Below, one piece after another: positions 49,083 through 63,049 of a stretch of 64,000 nt of DNA. Numbering within the stretch: position 1 is the first letter of the stretch; every line of letters starts with the position of its first letter. Source of the DNA: Dipteris shenzhenensis (lineage: Eukaryota). Location of the stretch: the NCBI GenBank assembly GCA_047967505.1, contig CM106538.1, one strand, 5' to 3'. A program made the translations under genes and the position numbers. The notes under the pieces were generated by a model that searched no databases, had not been told where the DNA came from, and saw only the letters and a list, made by a program, of their open reading frames with translations.

Positions 49083-52000
49083 TGTGGGGGTTAAAGGTCA
49101 CTGTGCCTTTACCCCAGTTATGTACAATACTCAAACACATATATAAATGAATGAAAAAGAAGATTAGGGTGGTTTTCACCCACCAAAACTTGTGTGGCTC
49201 TTTGTCTCTCTCTCTCTCCTTCCGTTCTTGCTTCCGTTGAGAGCACTCTCAACTACTATCAAAGCTCGGGTGATCTAGCTGAGTGTGCGTGAATGCTTGA
49301 AGCTCAACAGCTCTGTGGAAGGAAGGAGAAGCTCTATGGGAAGCTCTGTGGGTGACTTTACTTGCATCCGAGTGTGTAGAGACCTTGGAGGAACCTTTGG
49401 AAAAGTCACTTTGGTTTTGCGAAGTGGTTTTGAGAGCTTGTTAAGTGTTTTCAAAGAAAAAGTCGTTTTTAAGCTTTTCCCTGTTCCGTTCGATGACAGA
49501 GACTCCGTATTGACTTGTAGAGGCAACTATTGCTTGCTTTTGGTGTCCACTTCACTTCAGGAGCTTGGAAACACCTTCATTCTTGAATTTGGGATCATTT
49601 CATCGGATTTCTGACTCACTGTGTCAGTTTCTGCGTTTTTTGCCCGAGTGTTGGAACTCAAGTTTGGAGTAACCATTTGCAGATCTGTCAGTTCCGGTGG
49701 ACTCAGGAGGTCCTAAAACTTCTATGTTGCTCATCATTTGCACTCCGGTGGAGTTTACAAATAGCTCTATTTCCAAAAACATTTTTCAGTCTGTGTGTTG
49801 GACCCAGTGATTGAGACCACGGTTTCCAAAACCATCTGTCCCATTGCATTTCGGACACCCAAAACCACCTACCTGTCAGTTCTTGTGCAATTCAGTGGAG
49901 GATTTTCAGAGTTATAGATCTCTATGTATTCAATTTCGTCTCTCTATTATGCATTTTTCATTCTAAGGTTTTGAAAACTTAGATTTATGCCACATGGCAG
50001 TGGATAAGTGTTGACTCCCATTTCTCACTCATCGGTTGGGATTTTGGAGTTCTGGCAGAAGAGAGATATTTGTAGATTTTCTTGCTGATTCCGATTATGC
50101 AATGGCGCCTATGTTTTGAGGCATCTCAGGTTCTATTTTCAGTAGCGGTCATTACCGTGGGACTATGATTTCTTGAGCATACCTTATGCAGATCACTCTG
50201 GTTACAGTTTGAGCAGTGTGCGCTCATTTGTGGTATGCATTGGGTTGCAATGGATGATTTATAGGCCATTTGGATGCATTACGGTCCTATTTGGATGCGC
50301 TGATAAGCCTAAATTGCCTTGTGGGATGCTATTTTTTATGGACGCTTTGCACATGGATGCTATTTTATGTCGAGGGACAACTTTGACACATTGCAGGTGA
50401 TGCACTAATAGTGCTATGCTCTCTTGGATGAGATATTATTGATGCATATGTCAGTGGACGGTGTTTATGCTTGAGTCATTTGGCACTTATTAGCATTTTC
50501 TTTTGGGCCAGATTTGCTCATATGGATGCATAGTATATGCACATGAGTCAGATGCATCTTTTGATGCTTTGAGCTTTGAGTTTTGGTGATATTTCACTCT
50601 ATTGTGGCATACACATTTGGGTGCACCTGGTATTTGGTGTGATTCTCTCTTGCAGGCACTAGCATTTGGGATTTTGTTTCATTTGCATCATGGCATCCTC
50701 TTCCATGTTTGAAAAGGAGTTTTCAGCATTAAAAAGTTTGATGGGACAAACTTTTCTTTGTGGAAAGAACAAATAAGGGATGTGCTTATTCAAAAGAAGC
50801 AGATTAAACCCTTGGCAGGGATTAAAGCTAAGCCTGCAAATATGTCTGAGGATGATTGGAATGAGTTGGATGCATTAGCAAAGTCTACTATTAGACTTCA
50901 TCTTGCAGAGTCAGTTTATTTCACAGTAGTAAATGAGCAGACTACGGAAGATTTGTGGAAGAAAATGTGTGCCACTTATGAGAAGGAAACTGCCTCTAAT
51001 AAAGTTTACCTTATGAAGAGGTTGTTTGAGCTGCAGATGAAGGAAGGGGTCTCCATTGCTTCTCACTTGAATGAATTCAATATTATTTTCAGCCAACTTC
51101 AAGCTCAGAAGATGAATTTTGATGTATAGACTAAGGCAATATTTCTCTTATGTTCATTGCCATCCTCATGGGATACCTTCCGTATAGCTGTCAGTAAGTC
51201 TGCACCTGGTGGAGTACTGAAATTTGATGATGTTGTGAGTAGCTTGTTGGCCGAGGAGATTAGACGGAAGTCTATGGATGGCAACAAGTAGGATGCTGCC
51301 TTAAATGTGCAAAGGGACAGATCACAGTTCAGGGGGAAGTCCCAAGAAAGAGGGAAGTCACATAGCAAATCCAAGGCACGAAACATTTAGTGTTACCACT
51401 GTGGCAAGAAGGGCCATATGAAAAAGGATTGCTACAAGCTAAAAAGAGAGCAAAAAAATAAGAAAAAGAATGCAAATTTGGGTGCAAATCAAAAGGAAGA
51501 GAGTCCAAGGGAGGACAAAGGAAAAGTGAAGATCGAGGAGATCAATGCAGTCACACATGATAGTGACAATGATGTTCTCTTCATGTCTAGTTTATTTGCA
51601 GAGTTGCTTACCACTTCAGATGATGCATATTCCCAGGATTGGATTTTGGATTATGGTGCTTCATTCCATGTTACTCCCCATAGGGAATGGTTCTCCACTT
51701 ATGACAGTGGAAAGACAGGTTGTGTGCATCTTGGAAATGACTATGCATGTGACATAGTGGGAGCAGGTGACATAAAGTTTTCTTTTGCAAATGGGTCTGC
51801 ATTTGTTTTGAAACATGTCAGACATGCCTAAGCTGACCAAGAGTCTTATTTCAGTGGGTCAGCTAGATGATGCTGGTTTTCACACCAGTTTTGGCTTTCA
51901 GAGTTGGAAAATTCAAAAGGGCTCTATGCTTTTGGCCAGGGGTGCCAAGTGTGGGACTTTGTATCCCTTACATGTATCAGGGGTATTTGATCATGTTGTT

Positions 52001-54062
52001 GCAATAACCAAGCAGCCAAGGACTTCTTTGTGGCATTGCAGGTTGGGGCAGATGAGCCAGAATGGAATGAAACTCTTATGCCGTTTGGATTATGTACCGC
52101 TTTTGAGTTTCTCTGATTTTGAATTTTGTGAGCATTGTCTCTATGGGAAGTAGACTAAATCAGCCCATAAAAGAAGGGGAAAGAAAGAGTTTGAAATGCT
52201 TGATTTGGTGCATTGAGACGTATGTGGTCCCATGCCTACACGGTCATTAGGCGGGGCTGAATACTATGTGACATTCATCGATGATGCAACTAGGAAAATG
52301 TGGGCTTATGCTGTGGGCTTATGCTATAGCTCAAAAGAGTGATGTGTTCCAGGTATTTCAGAACTGGCTGGCCTTGGTTGAGAATCAATCAGGTAGAACA
52401 CTTAAATGCCTACGGACTGACAATGGTGGAGAGTAGTATAGATGTGGGGCTAATGCACCATAAGAAGTATAGCCCTCATCATTTGGGCATCAAGTGTTGT
52501 GGAGATCATCATTCGATAGCACAAAAAGACCTCCAATAAGCTTAGTTGCTAGAAGCAAAGAAGATCATATGCAGCCATGATGTAGTCTTCAATGAGAAAA
52601 AAATGCATAAGACACCCATGAGGGATGTGGAAATGAGGAGAATCACTTTCCAGGATGTGAATCCACCTGCATATGTTGATAGACAGCAAGCTATCCATGC
52701 ACCAAATGTGCAAGAAATGGTACCACCAAGTACTCCCACAGGTATACAATCAAGGGTAGATGATGGATCATCTATCAGTGGAAATGATGAGCCAAATGTG
52801 GCTGATATGCAGGTGGGACAGCAAGCTGAAGTGCCCTTGAGAAGATCTTCTAGAGTGTCTAAACCGCCTGATAGGTTTATTCCAGGGGTAGACTATGTGA
52901 TGCTTACTGATTGCGGGGAGCCTTCTTGCTACAAAGAGGCTATGATGTGCGAGGATTAATGCAAGTGGGAGTATGCTATGCAATCAGAGATGAGTTCACT
53001 TATGAAGAATAAGACTTGGGACTTGGTTTCTTTGCCACATGGAAAGAAAGCATTGCCATGTAAATGGGTCTACAAAATGAAGGTCACAGGTGATGATGTG
53101 CCTAGGTACAAGGCCTGTTTGGTTGCTAAAGGGTTCAAGCAAGAGAAGGGTGTGGACTTTGATGAGATATTCTCTCCGGTTGTGAAGATGACCACACTTA
53201 GATGCATGCTTGGACTAGTGGCAGTAGAGGATATGGAGCTTATGCAGATGGATGTCAAGACAGCTTTCTTGCATGGGGATTTGCATGAGGAAATTTACAT
53301 GGTGCAGCCGGAAGGCTTTGAAGAAAAGGGCAAAGAGCATTTAGTTTGCAAGCTGAAGAAGAGTCTCTATGGTCTTAAGCAAGTGCCTAGAGAATGGTAT
53401 CAGAAGTTTGATGCTTTCATTCGGTCCTAGGGTTTTAGAAGGAGTGAAATTGATCACTGCCTCTACACTAAAAGGGCTAAGGATAATAGCCTGATAATCT
53501 TGGCACTATATGTGGATGATATGCTATTGGCTAGCAAGAATACTTATGAGCTAGATGCATTAAAGGCCAAGTTGCATGAGGCCTTTGATATGAAGGAATT
53601 GGGACTTGCAGGTCATATTCTTGGTATGCGCATCACACGTAATTGGAGTAGAAAACTCCTTTGGCTTTCACAAAAAGAGTATGTTACAAAAGTATTACAG
53701 CATTTCAATATGGAGGGGGGGAAGGCAGTGAGTACTCCATTGCCTCCATATGTGAAACCGAGTCATACAGATAGTCCCAAATCAGATGAGGAAAGGGCCA
53801 TGATGGCCAAGGTTCCTGTATTGATGGGCATTGGATAGTATGCTCACTGGTTGTTCTCCCTTAAAGGCACATTGTCCTTTAAGTGGGAGGTTGTGGGGGT
53901 TAAAGGTCACTGTGCCTTTACCCCGGTTATGTACAATACTCAAACACATATATAAATGAATGAAAAAGAAGATTAGGGTGGTTCTGCACCCACCAAAACT
54001 TGTGTGGCTCTTTGTCTCTCTCTCTCCTTCTTCCGTTCTTGCTTTCGTTGAGAGCACTCTCA
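49083..54062 (+). mobile_element. Ty1/Copia element B2 (same family as B1), two internal deletions
   Basis: LTRs 49083-49251 and 53892-54062, TSD CCCCC, mutated PBS (ACTACTATCAAAGC) at ~49252, PPT 53881-53891. Confidence 0.95.
50690..53838 (+). pseudogene. Copia B2 gag-pol
   Basis: Gag, zinc knuckle, protease, partial IN and RT ([21 protein letters not shown]). IN core replaced at 52436-52550. In-frame deletion KVP|VLMGIG removes ~630 bp including RNase H. Confidence 0.95.
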
Positions 54063-57050
54063 CCCCCGGCTCCTTGTTGGCATGAAGGACTGAAAGCCCC
54101 ATCAAAATACAAAAGAAAAGCTGTTGGTGGTGTTTCTTTTTTATCCTTAATATCCTCCTAACATTTCTTTTCTTCTCCCAGATCCTCCTATCCTATGAAC
54201 AAATTTGCCATAGTGGACCTAGTGGTATTTTTAGTGACAAAAGAGAAAGAGAACTCCTGAAGCTCTAACAAACATGTTGCAAATCTCCCCCCAGGATTAG
54301 GCTTGCAAACTAGATATGCTAATGCAGATTGAGAGGTAAGAAAGAAAAAGGATCGAGGCAATAAATAGGAGCAAAGCAATCTAATTGAAAACACCTAAGA
54401 GAGGTCTTGTTGCTCCATTTCTTCATACCTTGTTTCCACATCTATAAGTTGTCAACTGGCATAATAGATGGGTTGCATTCTACTTGCCTCCCCTTTCTAT
54501 AGCAATACAGCACCAACTGAATGCAAAGATACACTTGGATTTACATAAAAGGCTTGGGACCAATCAAGAAGCTTCAATATTAGGCCCTTACTCATGGCCT
54601 CCTTAAGTTGCTGAAAAGACTCTTGTTGCTCCACATCCCTTTGGAAAGAAACTCCTTTCTTGTCAGCAAGTTCATTGGATGCACTCTCTGTGAAATCATC
54701 ACAAAAGCATTGATAATACTTACTCTTTCATAGAATTCTGCGAACACCAGTCACACTATCAAGAGTTGGCAATGACATGATTGCTTGAACCTTATCAATC
54801 CATCTGCAAGCCTTCTTCAGACACAATATGCCCCAACAAAGCTACTTTTGTTTGAGACAAATGACACTTGCTAGGATTTAGACACCCTTTTGCTTCATCA
54901 ATCTTGATTAAGGACATATTTAACTTCTCCATGTGATCTATGCACCGAGAATAAATGCAAAAACACCCTCATGAACTTTCCTAAGTAAGGCTCAAGCACT
55001 TGACTCATGAACCTTTGAAATGTAACTGGTGCATTGGTCAACCCAAATTGCATCACTCCATAAGCAAAGACTTCCCAAGATGTGACAACTGATGTCTTCT
55101 TTTGATCTTCCTCTTGAATGCAAATTTGAAAGTATCTAGAATACCCATCACATACAAAATACATCACATGCCTTGCTACTTGGTCTAGTTTTTCATCTTA
55201 GAATGGCAAAGGAAAATAATGCCTCTTAGTACAAAGGACAAAAAGTCCACAAAAACCCGCCACTTATTTCCTTTCTTCGGTGTGACAACTACATGAGATA
55301 TCCATCTGAATCATCAATAGGAAAGATGAATCTAGCCTCAAGTAGTTGTGTTACCTCTTCTTTAGTGCCTCAGCTTGGATCACCCCCAATCGCCTTAAGC
55401 GTTTCACGATTGGCTTGCTTTCTAGCTTCAACTCAATCTTATGCTCCATAAGCAAGACTGCTCAAACCTGTGAATAGCTTGTTACAAAGAGATATGGGAA
55501 ATTATCTAACATATCCAAGTATTGGAGCTTCTCACTACCTGGCTGATAGAGAATCACCAAGAAGCTTTTCATTACGTTAGCATCATTCAGTGTGCTCCAC
55601 ATCCTCCACATGAAGTATCTCTGCAAGATCTTCTTATACCACCACCTTGTTCCCTTTTGACTCCTCCCGATCAGCACTAAGACAAAGACCAAAGACCACT
55701 CCTTTCACCTCATTCTCTGAGTTGGACTTCTCAAAGCTATACCCTATCTCTTCTTCTTCATCGGTTAAGTTAGAGCTCGAACTTTTTGATGTTGAAGACT
55801 CCTCCTTGACAACTTCCTTTCTGTGTCTTCGGATGTTGTAGCGCACCTTCTTATCTTTCCCCTACAAAATCAATTCCACAATATCCCACTTTTGAACAAC
55901 CTTCACCTTGCATAGCCAAGGCCTTCCCAGAATCAATGGATAGGCGCATCCATCTAGCTTGGCAGGGATAACCTAAAAAGTAGTTGGCAACAAGTCATAG
56001 CTTCCAATGCCTTGTCCTAAAGAAAAGTCTGACTAGCTAATTCTCCTTCTAGATGCCTTCTTTTTCTTACTACAATGTTCCTCTTCCCTATGTCCCTCAT
56101 CTACTTCTTCCTCACTTCCTTCTTCTTCTTTTACTTTACCATGCCCTCGTTTAGCCATCATTACCTCTCTTTCCTCATCCCTTAAAGAAGCTTATATCAA
56201 GGATTCTTCCTTTTCTTCTTTCTTCCTCCATCTAGGACACTCAGGGAAATAGTGACCTTTTCCATTACATTCATAGCAAGTGACCCCACTCTTATCTTGA
56301 GTCCTATCCTCATTCTTGGGTGCTCTAGGTTGTCGTGCATTAACCAAATCCAATTTCAAATCAACAAACTCTTCCATCAATTGGGAGATATTATGATCTA
56401 ACGAGAGGACATTGATACCTGAGGATTTCGCATTACCTCCACCTTTGAAGTTGAAGCTGGTCAAGAAATAAAAGAGGATTCAATATGTAGAGAAGGTTCT
56501 TTCTTGGTTGCAATGCGGAGTGCCTCCATGTATGTTGTTGGATCTTTACTCATTACTTTTAAGCGAAGATGAGGCTCCAAAGCCATCACAAATTTGCTCA
56601 TCTTTAAGTGCTCCATCTCTAAGAAACTTTGAGGGGCTAATGATACAGATGCCATACCATGATCTTTATTCATTACTTTTAAGCGAAGATGAGGCTCCAA
56701 AGCCATCACAAATTTGCTCATCTTTAAGTGCTCCATCTCTAAGAAACTTTGAGGGGCTAATGATACAGATGCCATAGCTAGCAAAGATGTCCTTTCATAC
56801 TTTGTTGACAAAGCTTCATATCAAATTGCCAATGCAAAGACTGTCTCACCCTCTCCTTGATAGAATCATTCCAACTATAACATCAAACCATTTGGGGACT
56901 CCACTGCCCCAAATCTTAGCTTCATTGTAGCCACAACTTGATCCCATTCCTCCTTGGTAGAGTCTAGCAAGGCCTCATGCCAACTGAAGGCTATAGCTTC
57001 AAAAAAATTAGACAAAATCTCCGCCCAATCCTTCATGGACCATCTAGAAA
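54063..57050 (-). pseudogene. Gypsy G2 (Tat-like, extra RNase H): gag, zinc knuckle, protease region, RT, RNase H
   Basis: CYECNGKGHYFPECP, YPLILGRPWL, DGYSRYFQI..MQFGLTNAPVTFQRFM, LLELQEFSF, and LYFDGAF..GAG at 54063-54115. LTRs not identified. Confidence 0.88.
56541..56776. repeat. 116-bp tandem duplication with 4-bp filler (period 120) in G2 gag
   Basis: 56541-56656 and 56661-56776 differ at one base; visible as a repeated 40-aa block in ORF 56461..56811. Confidence 0.95.
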
Positions 57051-59153
57051 GCCGGCATCCTCGAACAAAATCCCAAAAAGATGACCAAGCCTCTTAAAAT
57101 ATTGAGAAAGTCGAGAGTCTCCCCACATGGAGCTCATAGGGACCCTCTCTTTTCCATATCTCTTATTCCACACATAAATTCTAGAAGGATTCCTCTTGGC
57201 TCCACACTCTTCCATACTCCCCCACATGCCTTCCACATGCTTGGCATGTGATCTCTTTTTCATTATTGGAATACATGGACATGAGACCCACCTCTTTATA
57301 TGTTTTACTCTTCCTATTTTCTAAAAATCCCATAATATCCCATACACAAACAGCTCTCACCCCATACCAAGTATATCATTCATGCACATGATATTTACAA
57401 TGATCCATTCCACTCATCCTCTCAATCCCATACAATATCTTAGAAAATGGAAATAAGTGAGAGCCACTAGGCTATCACTTGATAATTACACTCTTATCAA
57501 ACATAGAGAAAAGCAACACCAATGCCAAATAAAAGATATCTATTTCAGGCATCATAGTACTCAGCCATCTCATAGAGTCTATGTGGAGCTTGTCATCAAG
57601 GAAAGCCAAAATAGGCTTAATGCACCAAGTTGCTCACTCTCACCCAAAACTTGGCATGTTCCTCCAGCAGTTGATTTCGGATTAGTTCCTACTGCATGAG
57701 CATTAATGGGCATCACATTGTCCTCTTCCTTCTCACTGGGGGGATACTCCTTGTTTGCCCTTTACCTGTGCCCTTGACTTACCTAGCATGTGCGTGAGTC
57801 TCTCCTATTGGTTATCCTCCTACTGGCATCGGTTCCATGTTTACTATGTCCTCCTATTGAGCCTCCACCGGTTCCATCTTCACCAGATTTTTGGCAATCC
57901 CATTGCTTGTGCCTGAATGGAGTCAATCGTCTTTTGAGGTTCCAACTATATTGGTTCCTCCTTCACGTGGAATGCTAGCAGAACTGATGGTTGCATCCCT
58001 AGGTCCTGAAGCAAGAAATCCTCTATTTTCCCTCTACATGTCATCTCCTCTTCTACATTGAAGAGAGCTAGTGGTCATGGCTTGTTATAGCAATCATGTG
58101 GCCATGGTCCCATTTGGATAGGGAGTGTAGCAAAAGAACGTGCTCTTAAGGGGATGCTAAAGAATCCGCCTTATGGCTCTTGAGCTACATGCACATAGGA
58201 AGGACATGTATGTTCTCCTCCTCTTCCTCCCCAGCTCCCAGAAGGTCTATATCCATAGCACGATGGAGGAGAAAAGAAGTCTTCAGAAGTGACAAACAAA
58301 AAGAGATGATAGTCCCTGTCTTTTGCCAATGAGGGGAAAGTTGCCTAGTCTTCTAAATCAATGTTATCATCTAGTAGAGAGAGAGAAAGGAAGAAGGCCC
58401 TTGGGCTTTGTGTCCAGTCTTATCTGTGCAGGTAAAAGAACTCCATCCAGTCCGTGTAGTATCTCAGTTTCTAAGAAATCACCCTACACTCCGTACTAGC
58501 GGCGGCTAAAACCATTTGGCTGGGGGGAGGGCGAGTAGGAGAGATGCTCATGGAGGATCCTTCCACCTTCTTTCTCACTACACTCTCCATCACCATCCTC
58601 CATCTCCTCTAGATGATGAACTATTGTCAAACCATATTGCATGCTGTAACTAGTACTAACAAAAGGCAACTGAAAATGAAGAAATTGCTACGAAACTTGA
58701 CACTTGGTTCTTCAACTACGACTATCTTTTTCCAATCATCCATATCTTTTGCTAACTCGCAAGGGAAAGAGAGAGGAAAACAAATATCTTGGTTGCAAAA
58801 TCTTGAATTCAAGAGAACGCCCAAATATACTTCTTATCTGCCTAAAAATTTGACATAGTTGTTGTCCCTCCTATGAGATTTTTTGAAATTTTGATTTTCG
58901 CTCCCGTAATGTGCTAATTTTTTAGTCTTCATTCAGCTTCTCTCAATCAATCCACTAGCCAGCTTCTAATGATCTTTCAATGCTGCACAGATTAAATGCA
59001 CATGACACACCATTTTAAGAATGTCTTGGAATAGTTTCAAACACCATGTTGCTTCCCTCTTTTGTCTTCTCCTTTCCCCTCTCCCTCCCTCCTCAACTTT
59101 CCTCTGTCACATCACTCAAATGACTTTTATCTACTCTTTCCTTTGTAGCCACC

Positions 59154-59420
59154 ATGCGCTCTAGAACACAGAGTTCACAAGCCTCTTCCTCTCCAACATC
59201 AACTTCATTTTGGAAATATTTCATCTATTCTTTTTTGTAGTTGCTTGTACCTACAAGACAAAAGTTGAGCTCAAACATTTTCACCTTACTGGACACAAAA
59301 GTTGCATTGGCCAATGCTAATAGCATATTTGTCTCTACTTGAAATGGAAGCAACCCACTTTGTGGATGGTGAAACATAAATTGGGACCTTCACTAACAGT
59401 ATCTTCAGATGTTTCCATGA
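59154..59420 (+). pseudogene. Fragment of an LRR receptor-like gene (signal peptide plus LRR N-terminal cap)
   Basis: GCCACCATG then MRSR..FWKYFIYSFL*LLVP..LSSNIFTLLDTKVALANANSIFVST*NGSNPLCGW*NINW, matching the plant LRRNT_2 pattern LL.xK..L....L.sWn...pC.W.gv. Stops at W/R positions; no LRRs follow. Confidence 0.5.
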
Positions 59421-59990
59421 TGCCCTTTGACTATGTGTAGTGCTGCACACAATTGAAGCGACGAAAAGCTATTGGGGGGATGGTCTCAACAAACTTGTTA
59501 AAATCCTTGACAACAATCTACTAGGTATGTGCCATGGCTCAGCCTCCTCTCAGGTGCTTTTATTAACTAGGTATGTGCCACGGCCCGGCCTCCTCTTAGG
59601 TGCTATCATCACCTCCCCTCCTCCTCCAAACCTTGATCCCATGCCCTCCCCACACCCATACCCCCTCACACCCCCACCTCAGCATGGAGTTCAAACAATA
59701 TAGCCTCCTTTCTGCAAGCTGCTACTACTGCAATGGTAACATTCAAGGACATGTATCCCTTTGAAAGTCAAATATATGTGGACAGTGAAAGTGCGTTTGG
59801 GAGAGAAATGTTATACCATGCTTGATTTTTTTGATGAGTATATTAATCTATTCCAAAAGAATATATTTTTGTTCATTGCCTTTGTGGAGCAACTTGCCTC
59901 TATTGTTAGGTTTTCCTAACTTCCTCCTGAGGGGTCATATCATGCACTTGTCCTAACTAAGTGTTCTTGTAGAAAGCTTCTTCTCGCTTA

Positions 59991-60085
59991 GTCACACACA
60001 CACATGCATGCATGCACGCACACACACACACACACACATCTTAGTCACACACACGCATGCATGTGCGCGCGCACACACACACACA
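59991..60085. repeat. Compound (CA)n microsatellite
   Basis: CA runs interspersed with CATG/CGCG. Confidence 0.9.
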
Positions 60086-63049
60086 GATCGTATAGCAATT
60101 GCAATGAAAATGAAAGAAGCATGGATGTGTTTGTTATGATTTATGAAGCAAGGAACACTTTGGATCATCAATTTGTATGTCCATCATCTAAGACAATTTG
60201 TATACTAAAATACATGCTTACAAAAAAGGTAAGATATCATAACATTTTAAAGGAAATATTTTAGATGTTGATCTTTTACGTCCTATTGTATATAGATTGG
60301 GTTGCCTAGTTATATTCATCCATGGCATTCATCGCTCATAAGTTGGAATGACAAATGATTTAGACCATTGTATTTATGTATGGAAACTAGGATATGGTGC
60401 AACTAGAGCCTATGTGACATTCTTTGATTTATTAATACAAGTTTTATACATATGCATGAACAAGGCTGAATGTTGATAATGCCTTGTCCAAAAATAATTA
60501 ATAATGGCATAACTAGTCCAAAATAAAACATTCCAAGTAGTAAAAGTCACAAGCTAGCATAATACAAAACTTTTTATCACTACTCTATAACATCCAATGT
60601 AGTCACCAAAGAGCCTATCTTATTTTCCTCTTGTTATGGAGTTATTATATATCTTGAGGCATGAGAGACTAGAACCATTTACAAAAAATCCACATATGTC
60701 CGTAAAATGTTTTGCAACCTATTCGCTACCGATTAGGCACAAGAAAAATGATAAATAAGTGTCTTGTTTTCTCCCTTATAAAGTGTTGATGTTGAGGGCT
60801 CATATATTACCTTGTTATGGGCTTGTTACCAAGTTCACTTCTTCCATAGTATATCTTAAATGCACTTTTAATAGTATCAATAAAGTTAGCATTAGAGGAA
60901 ACACGATGTGCAATTTTTGCAAAACTAGCATCGTAAACAAATTTGGACCACGAATAGCTACAAGTTTCACTGTAAATTACATTCATTCATTACAAGCATT
61001 AAATTTAACATCTTCAACTCTAAAGTGCTACACATAAAACCACAAATTGAAAAATAAACTTCTAGCAACTTTCATGCCATGCAAATATTTAAATGGTTTT
61101 TGATGAGATTACAATCATTTAACAAGAGCAAAAATTATCAATGACAATAGAATTCAAGTTATAACCATTTTATTGACCCCATCATTATGATTAGATAGGG
61201 CTTAGATTATCATGCATGAGTTCATGGTTGTTTGATTGGATTGAAGATGTCTTTAACTATAGTAATCTTTAGGATATGTCCACTTATTTTATGGAATAAG
61301 TTTTTCGATTACAATAAGTTGATGTTATAGTTAAGTAACTGATTTGTTGAATCCACAACTTTAATGATCCACGAGCTTGAATAGTTACATATTTCGCCTT
61401 CATTTCCTAAGGAGCAGTCTTTTGATGATGATAATAGTTTCTTAAAGGATCAATAATTTATCATTGTACCTTCTCACACCCTTATCAGAGACATGTGACT
61501 TTTGAAGACTTCACACAAATCTCAAAAGCTCAATAAACAAAGTCATAGGAAAAAAAGTGAAGAGCCATCAATGGTATGACATTTGATAGGTAGACATGGT
61601 CTGATTTCAAGCACATGCTATAAGATGAAGGGGACATCAACGGTGTGGAGTTTTGATGGTGAGATGTGGTGGCATGTGAAAGGTAATAAGCAATAACATT
61701 ATATCTCTCCTTTATAACATCGTGTTTGTTTTCTTTTGCCAAGTGACATACATTTTTTTAATGGGCCATTTATATAATTCAAGGACAAAAGCATCAAAAG
61801 GTGACAATAATTAGACTTTACTCCCCTTCAACATTTATACCCCCAACTCCTATAAAACTTACTTGTGGAGCGGCACTGGTGGCCAATTTTTTAGACTTGC
61901 AAAATAATCAAGGGACCCTTGAAGCGCCATTGGTTTCAGATTTGGCACCTCATTTTTCAGGGGTGCCATTTTGAGCACCAGTGCTCTATTTTTGCTCTAG
62001 CCAATGGTATGTTGGCATCTTACAAACTTTGATAGGCTAGCCAATGAAAGATGGCCAACTCTCTCTCACATGCAGAGCTGCCTGAAAGTACTCAGGCACC
62101 TATTAAGTGCTTAGAGCTACGTGGTTTATAAAAACGTGTGAACCAAATCACCTACAGCACCAAATGGCGCATTACTTATACTGTGTGCACTAGCCCTTAG
62201 TTAATTATATTTTATCTTTTGATAGAAGTTTATGAATTATTAATGGTCACATCAAAGCCCCACAAAAAGAGACTGAGTGAAAGTAGAGGCCTCTTCCTTG
62301 TCCATCAACATCCATCTAGTCCAAAGAAATGATTAGTCTACATCATGTGTGGATCAATCTTATTTTGAGGATTTTCGAGACATTTTAGAGGTGTACTATT
62401 GGTCAAGGTATGGGGAATTAGGAGTACTAGTAGTGTAGTACACTTGTATGAGATGGACAAAAGGGGGTTCTCAAAGGAGCTCTATTAGAATAGAATTTGA
62501 GTACCTACTATTCAAGGGGCACACTCGTTAGGGATCAAAGGAAGCTGACTACCTAGTGTCAAAGGAGAGAGAGTGTGTTGGTTATGGGGAGAAGATATGA
62601 ATGAATGCCTTTATGGAGCCATATTATTTAATAGGAAAGGCTGATTCAAAGTCTTTTGCATTCGTTAAGGGATCATGGGCGGCGTGAATTAACATGTAGT
62701 GACGTGATAGCATTCCTTGCCTTGTAGTGACGAAAGAGCATTTTCCAAGCTTTTGAAAGTGACTACACATTTGTTGGTGACATGTAGGAAAAGAAGATGA
62801 TGTTTTCTTTCACTGAAAACTATAGAGATCGAGCAGCTAACCACAATTGTTGATAACAATATAATAACGATGGAGAGGGGGGGGCGGGGGGGGGGTTTGT
62901 AAGGCTAGGTTTAGACGGGGGTGGACACTGAAGTGTGTCTAGCACCTCCATCCGGCCCACGCACTAGATAGTTGATGGGCAACAAATAAAAAAACTTTGC
63001 GCAATGAAGCTGTGAGGATGCCCTACGCTACTAGCAGCCAATGTAAAGC

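Noticed and set aside
62915-62967. Helitron 3' end (hairpin plus CTAG)
   Set aside because: Hairpin is imperfect and no 5' TC end or Rep/helicase evidence is visible.
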